A stretch of DNA of 64,000 nucleotides, taken from NCBI GenBank assembly GCA_964515075.1, contig CAZETE010000004.1:3353-67352 (forward strand), in the 5' to 3' direction. The notes beneath the pieces were generated by a model. It was not told the origin of the DNA. It saw only the letters and a list, made by a program, of their open reading frames with translations, and did not search any database. Source of the stretch: an uncultured Actinomycetota bacterium. Its GTDB lineage: Bacteria > Actinomycetota > Geothermincolia > Geothermincolales > Geothermincolaceae. Positions 1 to 7,162 of this stretch are shown piece by piece (position 1 is the stretch's first letter; each line of letters begins with the position of its first letter). The translations under genes and the position numbers were made by a program.

Positions 1-297
1 CGACTCCTCCTTCAGCCGCCGGAAGCGCGGGCTGTCCAGGATGAGCTGTTCGTCCAGCTGCTGCAGGATGGCCTCCAGCTGGCCGGTGGTGATGATGTCG
101 CCGTAGCGGCGGACGTAGGCGGCCTGGATCTCGCGGAGCGAGCGCCTGCCGTCGCAGAGGGAGGCGATGAAATAGGCCGCGGGCGAGACGGCCGCCACGT
201 CCGGGAAGTAACCCTCCGGGTCGCGCAGGCCGATCATCTCGCGGCCCTGATGGGTCAGGGGGAAGGCCTCCAGCCTGCGCGTCCTGGGGTGCTCCAT
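1..297 (-). CDS. PqqD-family / RiPP-recognition-element (RRE)-like domain protein, N-terminal part only; the ORF runs off the window start
   Basis: The reverse-strand ORF starts at ATG 297..295 and is still open at position 1. Its translation is MEHPRTRRLEAFPLTHQGREMIGLRDPEGYFPDVAAVSPAAYFIASLCDGRRSLREIQAAYVRRYGDIITTGQLEAILQQLDEQLILDSPRFRRLKEES. It contains the PqqD-type signature (L-CDG-RS/T-xxEI ... helical tail). Confidence 0.5.
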   Translation of the reverse strand, partial: MEHPRTRRLEAFPLTHQGREMIGLRDPEGYFPDVAAVSPAAYFIASLCDGRRSLREIQAAYVRRYGDIITTGQLEAILQQLDEQLILDSPRFRRLKEES

Positions 298-310
298 GGG
301 TGGCCGGCCC

Positions 311-583
311 TCACTTCCAGGCGGAGCGCTTCTTGGCTTCCCTCTCCCAGCCGACGTCCAGCGCCAGCCAGGCCTTGGCCCGGATCAGCTCGTCGGTGGC
401 GGGGTCGGCGACCAGGGCCATCAGCGCCTCGATGCCCCGCTGGTCCCCCAGCCGGGTGATGGCCTCGACCACCGCGTAGCGGAGTTCGCGGTCCTCGCTT
501 CCCAGGAGCTCGATGAGCTTGCCCACGTCGCGCTGGGCCTCCAGCTTGCCCACGTCGGGCTTTCCCCCCTTGAACAAGGCCAT
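311..583 (-). CDS. small HEAT-repeat (PBS-lyase-like) protein
   Basis: A 90 aa ORF with HEAT/PBS-lyase-like repeats (...DRELRYAVVEAITRLGDQRGIEALMALVADPATDELIRAKAWLAL...). It sits 14 nt upstream of the RRE-like ORF on the same strand. Confidence 0.5.
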   Translation of the reverse strand: MALFKGGKPDVGKLEAQRDVGKLIELLGSEDRELRYAVVEAITRLGDQRGIEALMALVADPATDELIRAKAWLALDVGWEREAKKRSAWK

Positions 584-700
584 GGCATCACCAGCCGGTC
601 GTCGCTTCGGACACTGCCTCTTCCCGTTTCCTCAGACCTGAATTATAGCACCGCCGAGGGCCCCGACCAACCGGCCGGCGCGGCCCGCCGCCGGGGGCCC

Positions 701-2806
701 TCACGGCCCCCTCACCACTTCCACCATCACGTACCCCCCCTCCACCAGGCGGAGGTTCGCCTCGAGCCCCTCGGCCAGGGGAAAGGATTCGAGGTCCTGG
801 TAGACGGGCGTCTCCTCCCGCCCCTGCCGCGTGCCGCGGACCAGCAGCACCTCGCCGCCCCGTTCCTCGAAATGGAAGGCCGCGCCGCCGGCCAGGGTGA
901 CGGCTTCCGCCGGGTCCCTCAAGCGGAAGGGGGAGGGGCGGCAGAAGACGAGGGTGGTGGCGCCGGGCCCCGCCGCCGCGGCCCCGGCCCCCCCGCCGAG
1001 GACGGGCTCGGCGTACCACGGGCCACCGTCCACGCCCCCCGTCCCGGTGATGAAGGAGCCCTCCCCGCCGGGCAGCGCGCCGACGGCCGGGTAGTTGGGA
1101 GCCAGGAAGTCGTAGACGGGGCGGGAGACGTCCACCGGCACCCACCCCACGCCGTAGAGATACGCCTGATTGAGGTAGCGGTCGAAGGAGAGGGCCGTGC
1201 GGGCCGGGATGCCCGCGGCGCGGCACAGGGCGGTGAAGGCCAGGGCGCGCTCGTAGTCGTCCCCCCCGCTTCCCCCGAGGACCCGCGCAACCGCCGCGCG
1301 CGCGTACTCCTCCCCCGCCGCGCCGGTGAGAGGCGGCGGGGGCAGGGCGCGGCTGGGGCAGGCGGTGAGGTAGAAGGCGCCGTGCCGGGCCAGGCGGAGC
1401 AGGACCGCCAGCATGTCCCCCCGCTCCTCCCCGGGGATGCCCTCCAGCACCGCGGCGATCTCCGGCAGGTCGCCGGGGACGCCGGCCATGGGCAGCAGGT
1501 AGGGCCGGGCCTCTTCCGGGAAGGAGTCCGGGAAGGGATAACGGCCTGCGGGGTCCAGGCGGAAGCCGTCCGAGCGGCGGGCCGCCGCCAGGACCTCCAC
1601 CTCCGTGCGGCCCGAGACCCCCCCGAGGACCAGGTCGAGCCCGTACGGCCCCCGGCGTTCCAGCTCCCAGGACACGCCGGCCGCTCCCGCCCTCACCCGG
1701 TAGTAGAACCATTCCGGCCTCAGGAAATCGGAGGACGGCAGGGAGAGGCGGAGGCCGGCCGGCCGGCCGCTCCCGCCCTCCACCCCGAACGCGGCCCGCG
1801 CCACCAGGCGCGAGGGCTGGTAGACCTGGTCGCCGCTGTAGTGGATGCCCGAGGCGGTCCTGGCGTAGACGGCCCCGCGCGCAGAGGCGCTGACGTGCTC
1901 CACCGGCTCCCCCAGCGAAGCGAGCTCCTCCTCCGTCCCGGCGGCGGGAGAGAGGCGGGTCAGCTTGCCGGAGTTCTTGCCCAGGAGGATGTCCTCCCCG
2001 CCGATGCGGGAGGCGGAGATGACGGGGTCGTCGCTCCGCCTGACCGCGACGAGCTCCCGGCCCTCCAGGCGGTACACGCCCCTGGCCGTCACCAGGTACA
2101 GCCCGCCGGCGGGCGCCTCCACCAGCTCCACCACGCGGAAGTTCTTCTCCCCCGGCACCTCCACGGGCAGCCCCCCGGCCTCTCCCGGCAGCAGGAGCTC
2201 CAGGCGGTTCTCCCACATCTCGCAGAGGAGCCCCCTCGAGGAGCCGGCCAGGCGCACCGGCGTGCCCGAAAGGCCGGCGCCGTCCCCCCAGGCCCTCTCC
2301 CAGCCGTCCCCGGACCGCCGGAAGACACCCCCGTCGCAGCCCGCGTAGACGCCGCCGGAGAGGTCGGCATGGACGGAGACGGCGACGCCCGGCACCGCTT
2401 CGGCGGCGCGTTCCCCCGCCCGGTCCATGCGCTGCAGCCCCCCCTCGCCCGCCGCCAGGTAGACGCATCCGGTCGCGAGGTCCTGCCGTTCTCCCGCGGC
2501 CTCGAGCGCGAAGTCCTCCACGCCGTCGCCGCAAGCCGGCAGGGGGGAGAGGTGGAGGCCGGGGTCGAGGGAGTACATCTCCCGGGAATAGGTCAGCACC
2601 CACAGGACGCCGCGGGCGTCCGCCTCCATCTTCTTGACCTCCAGGCCGGGGGGGAGCTCGAGGAAGGAGAAGGCCGGCCCGGCCTTGCCCGTCCCCCCCG
2701 CGCCGCCCCCGCGGCATCCCGGCGACGCGAGGAGCAGGGCCGCGGCCAGCGCGGCGGCCAGGCGGCTAGCGCGGCGTCTCCCTTCCATGACTCCATGATA
2801 CCCCAC
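701..2806 (-). CDS. lipoprotein with repeat/propeller-like N-terminal half and transglutaminase-like cysteine-protease domain
   Basis: A 701 aa ORF with a signal peptide and lipobox (LLLASPGC). The C-terminal half carries the transglutaminase-like core (..YARAAVARVLGGSGGDDYERALAFTALCRAAGIPARTALSFDRY..). The overlapping long ORFs on the other strand have no recognisable domains. Confidence 0.6.
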   Translation of the reverse strand: MGYHGVMEGRRRASRLAAALAAALLLASPGCRGGGAGGTGKAGPAFSFLELPPGLEVKKMEADARGVLWVLTYSREMYSLDPGLHLSPLPACGDGVEDFALEAAGERQDLATGCVYLAAGEGGLQRMDRAGERAAEAVPGVAVSVHADLSGGVYAGCDGGVFRRSGDGWERAWGDGAGLSGTPVRLAGSSRGLLCEMWENRLELLLPGEAGGLPVEVPGEKNFRVVELVEAPAGGLYLVTARGVYRLEGRELVAVRRSDDPVISASRIGGEDILLGKNSGKLTRLSPAAGTEEELASLGEPVEHVSASARGAVYARTASGIHYSGDQVYQPSRLVARAAFGVEGGSGRPAGLRLSLPSSDFLRPEWFYYRVRAGAAGVSWELERRGPYGLDLVLGGVSGRTEVEVLAAARRSDGFRLDPAGRYPFPDSFPEEARPYLLPMAGVPGDLPEIAAVLEGIPGEERGDMLAVLLRLARHGAFYLTACPSRALPPPPLTGAAGEEYARAAVARVLGGSGGDDYERALAFTALCRAAGIPARTALSFDRYLNQAYLYGVGWVPVDVSRPVYDFLAPNYPAVGALPGGEGSFITGTGGVDGGPWYAEPVLGGGAGAAAAGPGATTLVFCRPSPFRLRDPAEAVTLAGGAAFHFEERGGEVLLVRGTRQGREETPVYQDLESFPLAEGLEANLRLVEGGYVMVEVVRGP

Positions 2807-2870
2807 GCCGGCAGCGAAAAGGCGGCCCTTGCGAGCCGCCTCCGTTCGTGCGCGCCCGGGCGCCCGGGAC

Positions 2871-3275
2871 CTAGAGCGGGTCGGGGTTGCGGAAGCTGGG
2901 CTTGTAGGTGACCCTGCGCATCTTGTTGAAGACCACGTTCATGGAGCGGGAGAAGACGTCGGGCTTGAGCTCCTCCACCATCTTGGTGACGAAACGCTGG
3001 TTCTTGTTGAGCGATTCCGCGATGGCGGCGGGGTCCAGCTCGCCCATGAGCTTGGTCATGAACCCGGGGTTGGCGTTGATGGGGGCGGCCAGGGCCTTGG
3101 GGTCCAGTTCGGGGATGACCTTGCCCATGAACTCCCCGCTGTCGTTGACGATGCCGGCGACGATCTTGGGATCCAGCGTGGACAGCATGCCCTTGACCAT
3201 GCCGGCCAGCAGCTTGCCCATCAGGTTGGTGATGGTGCCGGCGATGGAACCCATCATCTCGAACAGTGCGCTCAT
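2871..3275 (-). CDS. small protein with four ~23-aa tandem repeats (LDPxxxAxxxNxNxxFxxKxxxE); function unknown
   Basis: A 134 aa ORF (MSALFEMMGS...) with internal repeats LDPKIVAGIVNDSGEFMGKVIPE / LDPKALAAPINANPGFMTKLMGE / LDPAAIAESLNKNQRFVTKMVEE / LKPDVFSRSMNVVFNKMRRV. Codon usage is typical of the host. It has a GGGAGGT ribosome-binding site and an AT-rich promoter region immediately upstream. Confidence 0.55.
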   Translation of the reverse strand: MSALFEMMGSIAGTITNLMGKLLAGMVKGMLSTLDPKIVAGIVNDSGEFMGKVIPELDPKALAAPINANPGFMTKLMGELDPAAIAESLNKNQRFVTKMVEELKPDVFSRSMNVVFNKMRRVTYKPSFRNPDPL

Positions 3276-3344
3276 CCTCTACCTCCCTTAGTAGATACCA
3301 ATACTGACCATCCAGTCTTTGCAGCTTCTCTTTGCTGCCATTCC

Positions 3345-3400
3345 ATTATAGTACACTCCGTCGGAAATTCCCACCCCAATTTAGCAGGCATTATGCTTCA
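3345..3400 (-). promoter_or_regulatory. AT-rich promoter region (minus strand) with a -10-like TACTATAAT for the repeat-protein gene
   Basis: The minus-strand sequence ...TTGGGGTGGGAATTTCCGACGGAGTGTACTATAATGG... lies about 70 nt upstream of the ATG. Local GC is far below the genome average. A ribosome-binding site GGGAGGT precedes the ATG. Confidence 0.4.
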
Positions 3401-3528
3401 GCTAGTTATATTGACTAGTTAGTACATATAACTTATAGTCATCAGGAGCCGCCTCTCGGGGCCCCGCACCCCCCTTCCCGCTAGGCCCGCCTCCCGGCGC
3501 CCCCGCCGCCGGGCCCCCGGCCGGCTCA

Positions 3529-3558
3529 TTGACATCGTACCGGCCTGCGCCCATAATT
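3529..3558 (+). promoter_or_regulatory. sigma70-like promoter (TTGACA-17nt-CATAAT) upstream of the homocysteine-synthesis genes
   Basis: TTGACA at 3529-3534, a 17 nt spacer, then CATAAT at 3552-3557. Confidence 0.45.
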
Positions 3559-3564
3559 GACTGG

Positions 3565-3842
3565 TCCGGGTCGTTGATAAGTGAATATCCGAGCAAAGGC
3601 TGAGAAGGGGAGGAGTAGGTCCGCCGGTTGCGCTACAGAGAGCCGAGCCGAGGTTGAGAATCGGTGCGCGACAACGGGCCGAAGATGGCCCCGGAGCTTC
3701 CCGCCGAAAGGGCGACCGAGTAGGCGAGGACGGACGCCCCCGTCACCACGGGCTTAGGGTATCGCGCCGTAGGCGCCGCACCTGAACGGGACGGTTCTCC
3801 GGAGGGATCCGCCGGCTGGTGCGCCGCCGGTGGGTTTTTCAT
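3565..3842 (+). ncRNA. ~270 nt 5' leader RNA (candidate riboswitch or attenuator, class unassigned) ending in a terminator-like hairpin
   Basis: No credible ORF lies between the promoter at 3529 and the DUF39 start at 3932. A GC-rich hairpin CCGGC-9nt-GCCGG at about 3812-3830 is followed by TGGGTTTTTCATTT. Promoter, structured leader and terminator preceding a sulfur-amino-acid biosynthesis gene is the classic riboswitch architecture. I could not match the SAM-I/S-box consensus convincingly. Confidence 0.35.
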
Positions 3843-3931
3843 TTAAGAGAAGGGGTGGTGCGGATGCTGTGGATCATGCCCGCGCCCCCGAAAGGTCTTG
3901 ACGGGTCCGGAGGACGCGAGGAGGTGCGCGA

Positions 3932-5119
3932 ATGGCGAAGACGATCGCCGAGATAAACGAGAAGATACGGGCGGGCAGCGTGGTGGTGGTCACCGCCGAG
4001 GAGATCATCGACCTGGTCAAACGCGAAGGCGCCGAGGCCGCGGCGGAGAAGGTGGACGTGGTCACCACCGGCACCTTCGGCCCCATGTGCTCCTCGGGGG
4101 CCTTCATCAACCTGGGCCATTCCAAGCCGCGCATCAAGATCTCCCGGGCCACCCTCAACGGGGTGCCCGCCTACTCCGGCATCGCCGCGGTGGACGTCTA
4201 CATAGGGGCCACCGAGCTGCCCGAGAACGACCCCTTGAACGAGGTCTTCCCGGGCGAGTTCAAGTACGGCGGAGGGCACGTCATCGAGGACCTGGTGGCC
4301 GGGCGCAAGGTCAGGCTGGAGGCCCACTCCTACGGCACCGACTGTTACCCCAACCGCCGCTGGGAGAGGGACCTCACCCTTTCCGAGATGGGCGACGCCT
4401 TCCTCTTCAACCCGCGCAACGGCTACCAGAACTACAACGTGGCGGTGAACCGCTCCGACCGCATCATCTACACCTACATGGGCCTGCTCCGCCCCGAGCT
4501 GGGCAACGCCAACTACTGCTCGGCCGGGCAGCTCAGCCCGCTCCTGAACGACCCCTGCTTCCGCACCATCGGCGTGGGGACGCGCATCTTCCTGGGCGGC
4601 GGCGTGGGCTACGTGGCCTGGAACGGCACCCAGCACAACCCGGAGGTGCCCCGCACCGCCGGGGGCGCGCCGCGCCTGCCCTCGGGGACCCTGTCGGTCC
4701 TGGGCGACCTCAAGGGGATGAGCCCCCGCTGGCTGGTGGGCAACTCCTTCCTGGGCTACGGCGCCACCATGAGCGTGGGCCTGGGCATCCCCATCCCGGT
4801 GCTGGACGCGGAGGTGGCGCGGGCCGCCGCCGTCTCCGACGCGGAGCTGTTCGCCCCGGTGGTGGACTACTCCCTCGACTACCCGCAGGGCACCGGCAAG
4901 CTCCTGGGGGAGGTGAGCTACGCCCAGCTGAAGAGCGGCTCCTTCCGGCTGGAGGGCCGGGAGGTGCTGGCCGCCCCCCTCTCCAGCTACCCGCGGGCCC
5001 GGGAGATCGCCGAGACCTTGAAGGACTGGATAGAGAAGGGCGGGTTCCTGCTGGGCGAGCCGGCGCAGCTGCTGCCCTGCCCCGCCCGGGACGGGACCGC
5101 GCCCGCAGGAGGTGAATGA
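3932..5119 (+). CDS. DUF39 (COG1900) homocysteine-biosynthesis enzyme (L-aspartate-semialdehyde sulfurtransferase, MA1821-like)
   Basis: A 395 aa ORF (MAKTIAEINEKIRAGSVVVVTAEEIIDLVK...) typical of the DUF39 family. It is directly followed by, and overlaps by 4 nt, the gene for its known NIL-ferredoxin partner. Confidence 0.8.
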   Translation: MAKTIAEINEKIRAGSVVVVTAEEIIDLVKREGAEAAAEKVDVVTTGTFGPMCSSGAFINLGHSKPRIKISRATLNGVPAYSGIAAVDVYIGATELPENDPLNEVFPGEFKYGGGHVIEDLVAGRKVRLEAHSYGTDCYPNRRWERDLTLSEMGDAFLFNPRNGYQNYNVAVNRSDRIIYTYMGLLRPELGNANYCSAGQLSPLLNDPCFRTIGVGTRIFLGGGVGYVAWNGTQHNPEVPRTAGGAPRLPSGTLSVLGDLKGMSPRWLVGNSFLGYGATMSVGLGIPIPVLDAEVARAAAVSDAELFAPVVDYSLDYPQGTGKLLGEVSYAQLKSGSFRLEGREVLAAPLSSYPRAREIAETLKDWIEKGGFLLGEPAQLLPCPARDGTAPAGGE

Positions 5120-5526
5120 CCGTGCATCGCAAGGTGGTTCTGCATTTCCCCCACGAGCAGGTGGACAAGCCCATCGTCAGCCGCCTGGTCAAGGACTTCG
5201 ACATGGACTTCAACATCCTCAAGGCCCAGATAACCCCGCGGGAGGAGGGCATCCTGGTGCTGGACCTCATCGGGCCGGAGGAGAACTTCAACCGCAGCAT
5301 CCGCTACCTGGAGGAGCAGCGGGTGGTCATCCAGCCCCTGTCGCAGGACATCCGGCGGAACGATGAGCGCTGCACCCACTGCGGCGCCTGCACGGGCGTC
5401 TGCCCCTCCCGGGCGCTCTTCATCGACAGGAAGAGCATGGAGGTCCGCTTCGACGAGGAGGAGTGCGTGGCCTGCGAGCTGTGCGTGCGCGTCTGCCCGT
5501 CGCGGGCCATGGAGGTCCACTACTGA
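5116..5526 (+). CDS. NIL-domain / 2x[4Fe-4S] ferredoxin partner of the DUF39 enzyme (MA1822-like)
   Basis: A 136 aa ORF with an N-terminal NIL domain and two CxxCxxCxxxCP motifs (CTHCGACTGVCP, CVACELCVRVCP). Confidence 0.8.
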   Translation: MTVHRKVVLHFPHEQVDKPIVSRLVKDFDMDFNILKAQITPREEGILVLDLIGPEENFNRSIRYLEEQRVVIQPLSQDIRRNDERCTHCGACTGVCPSRALFIDRKSMEVRFDEEECVACELCVRVCPSRAMEVHY

Positions 5527-5563
5527 CGGGGACGGCGGCGCCCCGGCCTCCCCGCGCAGCGCC

Positions 5564-7003
5564 TCACAGCTGCTCGAAGGCGAGGGAGAGGCGCCGCAGG
5601 CACTCCTCCCGGCCCAGGATGTAGAGGACGTAGGGGAGGGGCGGGCCGGCGGAGCGCCCGGTCAGCGCGATGCGCAGGGGCATGAAGATGTCGCGGGGCT
5701 CGAGCCCCCTCTCCCTGAAGCCCCCGGTGATCTCGGCCAGCAGGACGCGGGCCTCCTCCAGGGCGGCGACCCGTCCCCCCTCCAGGGCGGCCCTGGCCGC
5801 TTCCATCACCTGCACGGCCCCGCGGCCGGAGAGGGCGGCCGCCATGTCCGGCTCCAGCGGGGGGAAGGCCGTGTAGACCTCCAGGTAGCGGGGGAGCTCG
5901 TTCAGCCGCTCCAGGTTGTCGCGGACGGATATGACCATGTCGGAGAAGAGCGGGTGGGCGGCCGCCGGGCCGGCGAAGGGGCGCGCCAGCTCCACCAGGC
6001 GGGCGGGGTCCGCGCGCCGGATGTGCTGCCCGTTGAACCAGTCCAGCTTGTGGGTGTCGAACACCGAGGGGCGGCGGGAGAGGGTCTCCAGCCGGAACTC
6101 CTTCACCAGCTCGGGCAGGGAGAGCACCTCGCGGCCCTCTCCCTCGGGAGACCAGGAGAGCAGCGCCAGGTGGTTGGCCACCGCCTCGGGCAGGTAGCCG
6201 GCGGAGCGGAACTCCCCCAGCGAGGCGGCCCCGTGGCGCTTGGAGAGCTTGGCGCCGTCGGCGCCCAGCAGCAGGGAGTGGTGGCAGAACGCGGGCACCC
6301 GGTAGCCGAGGGACCGGTAGAGCAGCACGTGGCGGGCGGTGTTGGTGAGATGGTCCTCGCCCCGCACCACGTGGGTGATGCCCATGGCGGCGTCGTCCAC
6401 CACCACCGAGAAGTTGAAGCCGGCCGAGCCGTCGGAGCGGAGGACGACGAAGTCCCCGATGACCTCGGAGGAGAAGGAGACCCTGCCGTGCAGCAGGTCC
6501 ACGAACTCGATGGGGCCGGGGGGGACGCGGAAGCGCAGCGCCGGCCTGCGCCCCTCGGCCTTGAGGCGCTCGCGGTCCTGCGCGGTGAGGGCGCGGCAGG
6601 TGCCGTCGTAGAGGGGCATGCGGCCCTCGGCCCGGGCCCGCTCCTTCCCGGCCTCCAGTTCCTCCGGGGTGCAGTAGCAGAAGTAGACCAGCCCCTTCTC
6701 GGCCAGGCGGCGCGCCTCCCGCAAGTAGAGATCGCGGCGTTCGCTCTGGCGGTAGGGGGCGTGGGGCCCGCCGACGTCCGGGCCCTCGTCCCAGTCCAGG
6801 CCCAGCCAGCGCAGGTCGGAGAGGATGGAGGCCTCGCACCCGGCCGAGGAGCGCCGGGGGTCGGTGTCCTCGATGCGCAGGACCATGGAGCCGCCCATGT
6901 GGCGGGCGTAGAGCCAGTTGAAGAGGGCGGTGCGGGCCGAGCCCAGGTGCAGTTCCCCGGTGGGGGAGGGGGCGAATCTGACGCGTATCTCGTCCATGGT
7001 CAC
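5564..7003 (-). CDS. gltX: glutamate--tRNA ligase
   Basis: A 479 aa ORF (MTMDEIRVRFAPSPTGELHLGSARTALFNWLYARH...) with the class I HIGH region and a full anticodon-binding domain. Confidence 0.9.
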   Translation of the reverse strand: MTMDEIRVRFAPSPTGELHLGSARTALFNWLYARHMGGSMVLRIEDTDPRRSSAGCEASILSDLRWLGLDWDEGPDVGGPHAPYRQSERRDLYLREARRLAEKGLVYFCYCTPEELEAGKERARAEGRMPLYDGTCRALTAQDRERLKAEGRRPALRFRVPPGPIEFVDLLHGRVSFSSEVIGDFVVLRSDGSAGFNFSVVVDDAAMGITHVVRGEDHLTNTARHVLLYRSLGYRVPAFCHHSLLLGADGAKLSKRHGAASLGEFRSAGYLPEAVANHLALLSWSPEGEGREVLSLPELVKEFRLETLSRRPSVFDTHKLDWFNGQHIRRADPARLVELARPFAGPAAAHPLFSDMVISVRDNLERLNELPRYLEVYTAFPPLEPDMAAALSGRGAVQVMEAARAALEGGRVAALEEARVLLAEITGGFRERGLEPRDIFMPLRIALTGRSAGPPLPYVLYILGREECLRRLSLAFEQL

Positions 7004-7162
7004 GCTCGGGTCTCCTCGTCTTTACGCTCCGGGCGGGCGCGGTCCAGGTGCATTGTAGCACACGGCCGGGACATCCCGGAGGGCCGGGCGGGCGCGGGGT
7101 TTTGTCCCGGGTAGCGGCTATACTCGGGGCGTTGAGGCGGCCCGGCGGATGGGAGGTCCCGC

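Noticed and set aside
701-2806. Interpreting the transglutaminase-domain protein as a lasso-peptide B2 protease
   Set aside because: It is 701 aa and has a lipoprotein signal peptide, so it is predicted extracytoplasmic. B2 proteases are small cytoplasmic proteins.
296-2911. 871-aa plus-strand ORF, with nested ORFs, covering the transglutaminase-lipoprotein locus
   Set aside because: It is Gly/Arg/Pro-rich low-complexity translation typical of the antisense frame in 70% GC DNA. It has no domain signatures, whereas the minus-strand frame has a signal peptide and transglutaminase core.
3633-3842. 69-aa minus ORF inside the DUF39 leader
   Set aside because: It lies within the structured leader, has no ribosome-binding site and shows biased composition. 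It is better explained as noncoding regulatory RNA.
3565-3842. Assignment of the leader to the SAM-I (S-box) class
   Set aside because: Only loose, patchy resemblance (an AGAGAGCC...GGCCC...AGGGCGACC-like string). The canonical P1/P3 and GCAACC elements could not be aligned by eye. I therefore left the class unassigned.
5363-7114. 583-aa plus ORF and 513-aa minus ORF overlapping gltX
   Set aside because: Alternative frames of the gltX region. Only the 5564..7003 minus frame gives a recognisable Glu-tRNA ligase.
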